A DNA stretch of 42,571 nucleotides from Octopus bimaculoides. Its lineage: Eukaryota. The notes under the pieces are model-generated. The model saw nothing but the letters and a program-made list of their open reading frames with translations, made no database searches and had not been told where the DNA came from. The stretch spans positions 23,729,928-23,772,498 of the forward strand of contig NC_068984.1 in the NCBI RefSeq assembly GCF_001194135.2, written 5' to 3'. Every line of letters begins with the position of its first letter. The first letter of the stretch is position 1. Positions 35,671 to 42,571 of the stretch are shown here, piece after piece. The position numbers and the translations under genes are program-made.

Positions 35671-35769
35671 TGTCTTGTTCTCACTGTCCTGTTTTTACTG
35701 TTTTTTACTGTCTTGTTCTCACTGTCCTGTTTTTACTGTTTTTTACTGTCTTGTTCTCACTGTCCTGTT
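35671..35769. repeat. 38-bp tandem repeat, about 2.6 copies
   Basis: Unit tgtcttgttctcactgtcctgtttttactgttttttac starts at 35671, 35709 and 35747. Confidence 0.95.
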
Positions 35770-36110
35770 CTTGTTAACAATTTCACCATCCGCAAAAAGT
35801 TCCAAATTTTATTTAATTTGCTTTGCGGGAAGGACTGTTCCAACGAAGTCACGTATTGTCCTTGCCTTCGAAACGCAGAGTAGATGGACAGGGACAACTG
35901 ACGAAGGGTTATACTCTTCATGTTGCATGTCTCGTTTCTCTGTTTGTTCTTTTTTCGTTGTTCGAAAAAAGTTCGTTTTCTGTTTTCGTCTTATGTTTTC
36001 GTTTCTCATTGTGTTTAACGTTTTTTTGTGATGTCCTGTACCCATATATGCATGTATGTATACATAAAGATGTAGGCATGTAAATATATGTATGGATAAA
36101 TGCATATGTT
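35770..36110 (+). mobile_element. Divergent family F relative (Penelope pseudo-LTR-like, inferred) followed by TA microsatellite
   Basis: Same motif order and the same ...gtcctgta..atatgcat..agatgtagg.atgta.atatatg tail as 11355-11728. Confidence 0.6.
35850..35909 (+). ncRNA. Candidate non-circularly permuted hammerhead ribozyme (best copy)
   Basis: GUA at 35853-55; stem I ttgtcc(ttg) 35856-64 / (cag)ggacaa 35889-97; GAAACG 35870-75 pairs with cgt 35852-54; CUGACGA 35898-904; stem II cctt 35865-68 / aggg 35905-08. Confidence 0.65.
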
Positions 36111-36169
36111 TATATATTATTTATCTTATTATATGATCGAACGCCTCGCATCCTTTCCCAAGTAAGTTT

Positions 36170-36242
36170 TATATATATATATATAAATGTATATATATAT
36201 TTGTATATATATATACGTGTATGTGTCTATGTATGTATATGC

Positions 36243-36321
<79 letters not shown>

Positions 36322-36442
36322 NNNNNNNNNNNNNNNNNNNNNNNNNNNNNNNNNNNNNNNNNNNNNNNNNNNNNNNNNNNNNNNNNNNNNNNNNNNNNNN
36401 NNNNNNNNNNNNNNNNNNNNNNNNNNNNNNNNNNNNNNNNNN

Positions 36443-36503
<61 letters not shown>
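36170..36503. repeat. (TA)/(TG)/(GA)n arrays with N gap 36322-36442
   Basis: Directly visible. Confidence 0.95.
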
Positions 36504-36506
<3 letters not shown>

Positions 36507-36790
36507 GGACACATGGCTCAGTGGTTAGGCTGTTGCATTCACGGTTCTGAGATAGTGGTTTCAATTCCTGAACCGAGCGGTGTGTTGTATTCTTGAGCAA
36601 AATACTTCATGTCACATTGGTCTGTAATCGCTTCGACACCTGATGTATGGTTACACCGTGCACCTGTTGAGGCAACGTCGATTTGATAGCGGGAACGAGC
36701 TAATGTTGAACACAAAACATTCGATCACTACAAACACATAATTTGTACAGGTTGTTCACCAAGAAATTGCAGAACCGTCTTTCTCAAACT
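36504..36790 (+). mobile_element. SINE family E, full head
   Basis: Head ggacacatggctcagtggttaggctgttgc...ggtttcaattcctgaacc (A/B boxes). Confidence 0.8.
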
Positions 36791-36804
36791 ACCAGAGACT
36801 ACCA

Positions 36805-36805
<1 letters not shown>

Positions 36806-36869
<64 letters not shown>

Positions 36870-36979
36870 NNNNNNNNNNNNNNNNNNNNNNNNNNNNNNN
36901 NNNNNNNNNNNNNNNNNNNNNNNNNNNNNNNNNNNNNNNNNNNNNNNNNNNNNNNNNNNNNNNNNNNNNNNNNNNNNNN

Positions 36980-37075
<96 letters not shown>

Positions 37076-37206
37076 TACATACATATATATATATATATAC
37101 ATACATATATATACACCAATACATACATATATATATATACACATACATATATATACACACATACATACACATACATATATATACACACATACATATATAT
37201 ATATAT

Positions 37207-37265
<59 letters not shown>

Positions 37266-37880
37266 NNNNNNNNNNNNNNNNNNNNNNNNNNNNNNNNNNN
37301 NNNNNNNNNNNNNNNNNNNNNNNNNNNNNNNNNNNNNNNNNNNNNNNNNNNNNNNNNNNNNNNNNNNNNNNNNNNNNNNNNNNNNNNNNNNNNNNNNNNN
37401 NNNNNNNNNNNNNNNNNNNNNNNNNNNNNNNNNNNNNNNNNNNNNNNNNNNNNNNNNNNNNNNNNNNNNNNNNNNNNNNNNNNNNNNNNNNNNNNNNNNN
37501 NNNNNNNNNNNNNNNNNNNNNNNNNNNNNNNNNNNNNNNNNNNNNNNNNNNNNNNNNNNNNNNNNNNNNNNNNNNNNNNNNNNNNNNNNNNNNNNNNNNN
37601 NNNNNNNNNNNNNNNNNNNNNNNNNNNNNNNNNNNNNNNNNNNNNNNNNNNNNNNNNNNNNNNNNNNNNNNNNNNNNNNNNNNNNNNNNNNNNNNNNNNN
37701 NNNNNNNNNNNNNNNNNNNNNNNNNNNNNNNNNNNNNNNNNNNNNNNNNNNNNNNNNNNNNNNNNNNNNNNNNNNNNNNNNNNNNNNNNNNNNNNNNNNN
37801 NNNNNNNNNNNNNNNNNNNNNNNNNNNNNCATACATACACACATATATATATGCACATACATATATATATATGCACATAC

Positions 37881-37911
<31 letters not shown>

Positions 37912-37912
37912 T
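36806..37912. repeat. (CA)n/(TA)n arrays with N gaps 36870-36979 and 37266-37829
   Basis: Directly visible. Confidence 0.95.
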
Positions 37913-38684
37913 TAAAGAAATAGATGTCCTAAAAAGATAAGTTTCAAAATCTGTCTGCACGTAATAACATGCAGAACAAGTAAAGTGTTAAATGTGTTCA
38001 ATACGATATTTTAGCTGTGATCGTCGACTGAGTTAGGTGGTTCCATGTTGTTTCAATAACATTAAGCAGCTGATAAAATCCCAACATTCTGTGAAGGCAT
38101 TTAAGCTAGAGTTCATAACAACAATTGTGAACAAGTGTTTATCAACGAATTAAGAGTTTCACTATTTTGACAAGGAAGCGTTCTAGTAATTCTGTGTTTT
38201 CTATGTCAACTTTTGCCACTACAGTATTTTCAATTTATTTCTGACACTTTTTTCGCTGAGTTTACGAAAGAGATTGACCATCACGTCTACAGTTACCGCA
38301 ACAACAACATGTGTCTAGTGGGTGTTCGACTTGCTAGAAGTAGCCACCATACTTCCCCCAAATCATATAATGCTGTCGTAAATGAATAAGGATACGTTGC
38401 ACAATGTAGTGCTGGATATGCAGAAAAAAAAACAGTATGGTCATGGATTGAATGCTTTTGATCATAGATCTGTTAGATTAGAACTGACCTGGGGTTATAT
38501 AACAACAACAATAACAGCAACAATAGCACCAACAGCAAAGCACCATCATCAACACTGTCACTAAGGAAGCCCTGCTATCAGCTACTCCTCAGCGCAGTTG
38601 TTGAAATTATTGTCAGATCCCTACTTACTCTCTGAAATAACTGTAAAACGCCTTATTTGATATACGCCTAAATGGATATATGTT

Positions 38685-40501
38685 TTTTTTTAATAATTAA
38701 CTTTTTATTTCCAGTTTTCCCGGTTATAATTTGAAACAGCACAGCCAGGGGACCGTGAAGTCTTGTATAAAACAAGCGGAGAACAGGACCTTTTTTTTTT
38801 GAAAACAAAGAAAAAGAGAAAGCAACAAAAATAAAAATAATAATAATAATAAATAAATAAATAACAAAGAAAGAGAAGAGAGAGAAAAGAAGGAATAAAA
38901 AATAATGAAATAGAATAAAATAAAATAGACTACACACTACTACTCATTCACTCGTCAACCACTCATAAAATCTTGATATAGTTCTACAAGAAGTAACACT
39001 AGAGGACTACCACGCGTTTACAGACTCATGGTAGAGCCTCCATTTTTTAAATAAAATTCCTCTTGCTTGCTTTCATTATATGATCTGTTTTTTTTTCAAT
39101 TAGATATCTGTCGTGCACAAAGTATCTAAAATGTTTGAAGCTTGAAGTGATCTGGGTTCCATTTTATATTTAAATTAGGTAAGTATCTGACTGAGCTACC
39201 CCTTCTTGAACTTATACATAGGTTCTCTCAGGAGCGTCTCTCTTTTGTTGTTTTGTCTCTTCACGCGCTATTATTGGTGTATGTTGTTTTAGCGTTAGTC
39301 CTAACTAGAGGTAGAATATGGTCGATTATTCATTTACTAATTCGACCGAAGTCGAATTTCGTGGGGCAGTATTGGTCGTCTCCTTTGGGGGTCCTGTGGT
39401 TTTTTCAGTTTGTGGGGGTTTACTGGCTGAAGGGGATTCTGTTGGAGCTGTGTCTTGTGTGCATTCAGTTTTAATATGTCCTTTCATGCCGCACAGGGAG
39501 CACCTTGGGCTTCGTCCCTTCACTAATACTTTTAGAGTAGTTTCATCCGGCAGAAAAATTTGATCTGGCAATTCTTCTATGTCTTGCTGAGTGGCCTGAA
39601 TTACGAGTTCTAGGCCCTGGCTCCACCAGTTCTGCTGGTGCAGCTTGGAGGATGGTGATTTTATCCTACAAATTTAGCAATATAGCTGCCACCAACCACG
39701 CCACATCGATTTCCGGCGGTATCTTCCCTATTTTTACTTTTGACGTCCTCTTGCCTAAATATGTTGGCAGCAGCACTAGTTCAGTTGACATTAGGGGAGT
39801 TGTCGAATGTTTCTTGATCTCTTCCTCGGAAGCGAATGTTGCTTCGACAGTTCCGTAACGCTTTCCTCTGTTTATGTACGTTATTTTTTTCCATATCGGC
39901 TGTAGGCATTTTTCGACTGACTCTTTAGTAGCTTTTAAAATTTTTTTCGTTTTAAGTTTTGTATACAGTTGATTCCCTCTTTGTAATGTGTATTACATCC
40001 TCAGGTGTGTTCAGTTCTACATTTGTTCCTTCCCATTTGCTTAAACACATGTATTTCTCTAATACGTCTTGGCCAACCTGCACAATTTCACTCATAACAC
40101 TGGCCACAGACGCAAAGTTAGCGTCGTTATTATTATTTTCCAAGTTGGCTTCTTTTTGCATTTCTTGTTCGTGTATATTATTCCTTTCCCTCGTTTCACA
40201 ACCTGGGAGGGAGGAGAACGTTTTCTTATATAGCTCGTCTGCCTGCATCTTGTTTTCCTGTTCGACATCCATATGTGAAAAAAAAAAAAATTACACACAA
40301 AAAGAAAAACCAAACAAACTGGTCCCTTAACAAGGGGAATTAAAAAAAACATAACCCTGCTCACGAGAACAGTAAAAAATGGTAACAAATCAACAATTCT
40401 TAACAATTAAGAAACTACGTGGTTCAGTAAGGCAAACCTACATTCTCCTCAGAAGCAGCAGAAAAACACGTCTTTACTCGTGGGAGACAAACTCTCGAAT
40501 G
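38685..40501 (-). mobile_element. Complete ORF1-only (non-autonomous) LINE-like retroposon, 1.8 kb
   Basis: Perfect 15-bp TSD aaatggatatatgtt at 38670-84 and 40502-16; poly(A) (T-run 38683-91); AATAAA at 38704-09 (minus strand); one degenerate ORF1; no RT or endonuclease sequence seen. Confidence 0.85.
39026..40272 (-). pseudogene. Decayed L1/Tx1-type ORF1p (Gag-like) with CCHC zinc knuckle
   Basis: MDVEQENK..NFASV..KATKESVEKCL..RGKRYGTVEATF..PTYLGKRTSKVKIGKIPP..LKVLVKGRSPR-CSLCGMKGHIKTEC (CX2CX4HX4C at 39461-39502), with several frameshifts and stops. Confidence 0.8.
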
Positions 40502-42538
40502 AAATGGATATATGTTGATTTTCAGATCTAATTTTTGATGTTTGGAAACTCTTCGATTTAAACGTTCACTTTTGCATGGATGTATAAAGTAAACTAGCTC
40601 AAAATTACTCAGCTATCATTTAAAGACAATCTATCTATCTATAATATGCAGTAACTCCAGGTTGTTAAAGTTTGAACGAAACTTATTACCTTCATATATA
40701 AAGCTAAAAGAGCATTAAGAGGGAAAACTCCGATATGGTTTATCTTGAGACCGAGCATTTGAAATTCCAAATAAGTGTCATTTATAGGAGAAATACGAAT
40801 CTTTATGTAAATCTAAATAAAATTGCTTCATTTTGCCTTCACAAAGTGCACAGAAATTGTGAAAATGTAGACAGGCACTATTCAAAATACAAAAAAGAAA
40901 GACAATAATCGCTTTTAAGGAAAGATTTTAAAGTGTTCTTGCCAAATTTAACATCATATATAAAGTTACATGATTTTCACTACCATGTGCTTAATAAATA
41001 AAAGAATTACAAAGCCTCTCCTTGCTCTTTACCCACAAACCACTCGTTCTAACAGTTCTGTCACAACAATCATTCGGTACCAATTACTAAAATTAGTTTG
41101 TTTAAAGTATAATACCGCATCAAAAACTACCCGAGATATCGATATAGCTAAAATCAATATTTGTTTTTCTATCATTGCCAAAACTGGAAGAGCAGCACCC
41201 ATTATTTTCCCCAGGACTTGCAAAACTGATAAGAAAAACGGGAAAAAAGAAAGGCCTAACTACAGAAGTGAGGTCCTCATCCCGACTTAGTTTTCTTCAT
41301 AACTTCCTTAAAAATGCAAATTTTTAATGAAAATTTCAGGGGATACATTTTAGATGGTGTCGATTGCGGTTATGTCGAAAAAAACTGTAACAAAAAATTT
41401 TGGACGAGTTTTGGATACCTCTCCTTTTCTCTGATTTTCCATCTCATTTTGCTCATGAAAAGTCTCTGAAAATTCTCATTGAATACATATTTCTCTTGTG
41501 ATTACACTGGAATTTTTTTCAGAAAGTAAGAAATATTAAATAAAACTTAGAGTGGGAAATAATCCGAACTTTTAAAATTAAAAAAAAAATTAAAATTTGA
41601 TCAAAATAATCGTACTCTACACTCTTGAAGGCGTATCTCCGGAAAACTTCATGAAGCAAAAATGCATTTAGCGAAGTCCGGTTTGCCCCTACTTAATCGT
41701 AATCTATACCATTAAAATGTATTTCAGGAAAATTTTATTAAAAAAGAAAGCATATTAAAGAAAGTGAAGGGGTAACAAAATCGATGGGGGGGGGGGTGTC
41801 TGGACCGAATGTTTATAACAAAGAGACTTTGTTAAAAGCAGACAACGTGTTAGGTGGTGGTGTTACACAGGGTGGGAGATTAAGTTAGGTGTCCATCTAA
41901 TGTGCTTCCCACTTTCGATTACTTGTATGGGTCTAGCCAAGAATGGTAGAAGACACTTACCAAAAGTGCTAGCATCACATGCTTTGGAATCAAACTTTAT
42001 AACAAACCACACAGCTACCATTCCTGTACAACCCATTCATATGAAGGATATTGGTAGAATTTGTAGTCCAAACACAACGTTAATTCAACAGGCCTAACAT
42101 GACAGAAAATAAATAATGAGCTGTTGTAGAGGCCAGATGTTTCTTGATAACTTAAACCACTTATATGCATTTGCAGTGAATGAAGTTGTTAGCAATATAT
42201 TTAATCATTAATATGTCAGCCTATATAACAGAATCTATGTATATTATCTAGAGAGATAGGGTCTTTCCATAAGAAGAACAAATTTATATCTTTAGCACTA
42301 AATCTGTCAAAAAGAAAACAAAAATAAGAAACCCAGAGAGGTGTTGAATTTAATGACGAATACACATGTGCCATTTGTATACACTCATAGACGAATGCAT
42401 ATATTCAGCACTATAGATTCCATTGAAAGGCTGGTTGCTGCGTTGGGGGGCCAAATATTTTATTACAAAGAAAATATTGAATTAAAAGCAAATAATGGCA
42501 TATACCATTTCACATCTATATATATAAAAATGAGAATG

Positions 42539-42540
42539 TG

Positions 42541-42571
<31 letters not shown>
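42539..42571. repeat. (TGTC)n microsatellite running to the window edge
   Basis: Directly visible. Confidence 0.9.

Noticed and set aside
36504-36580. tRNA-like sequences with A/B boxes (also 19300-19375 and other SINE heads)
   Set aside because: They do not form a full cloverleaf and continue into SINE bodies, so they are SINE heads rather than tRNA genes.
41290-41800. AT-rich block resembling a non-autonomous DNA transposon interior (also 16660-16930)
   Set aside because: No TIRs, TSD or second copy found in the window.

Overview
AT-rich, repeat-dense eukaryotic scaffold with eight N gaps, mostly next to microsatellites. The tRNA-headed SINE families match my recollection of Octopus repeats, so a cephalopod origin is an inference. 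No complete, recognisable host gene is present, and most ORF-track entries are artefacts of microsatellites, N gaps or SINEs. The window contains at least five SINE families (two young copies with perfect TSDs), decayed LINE fragments (RTE, CR1, two R4/Dong-type pieces), a Tigger/pogo-like MITE, a Helitron fragment and a probable Mutator-like fragment. Several short minus-strand candidate exons have no assignable product. The main signals are three. (1) A repeat family, three copies, carries a hammerhead ribozyme core whose three strands are in a non-circular (swapped) order, with a fully covarying stem I between copies. (2) A complete 1.8-kb, TSD-flanked, poly(A)-tailed retroposon encodes only a zinc-knuckle ORF1 and no ORF2. 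(3) Both R4-clade LINE fragments begin directly after (CATA)n arrays, suggesting microsatellite targeting. All translations and alignments were done by eye, and repeat boundaries are approximate unless a TSD defines them.
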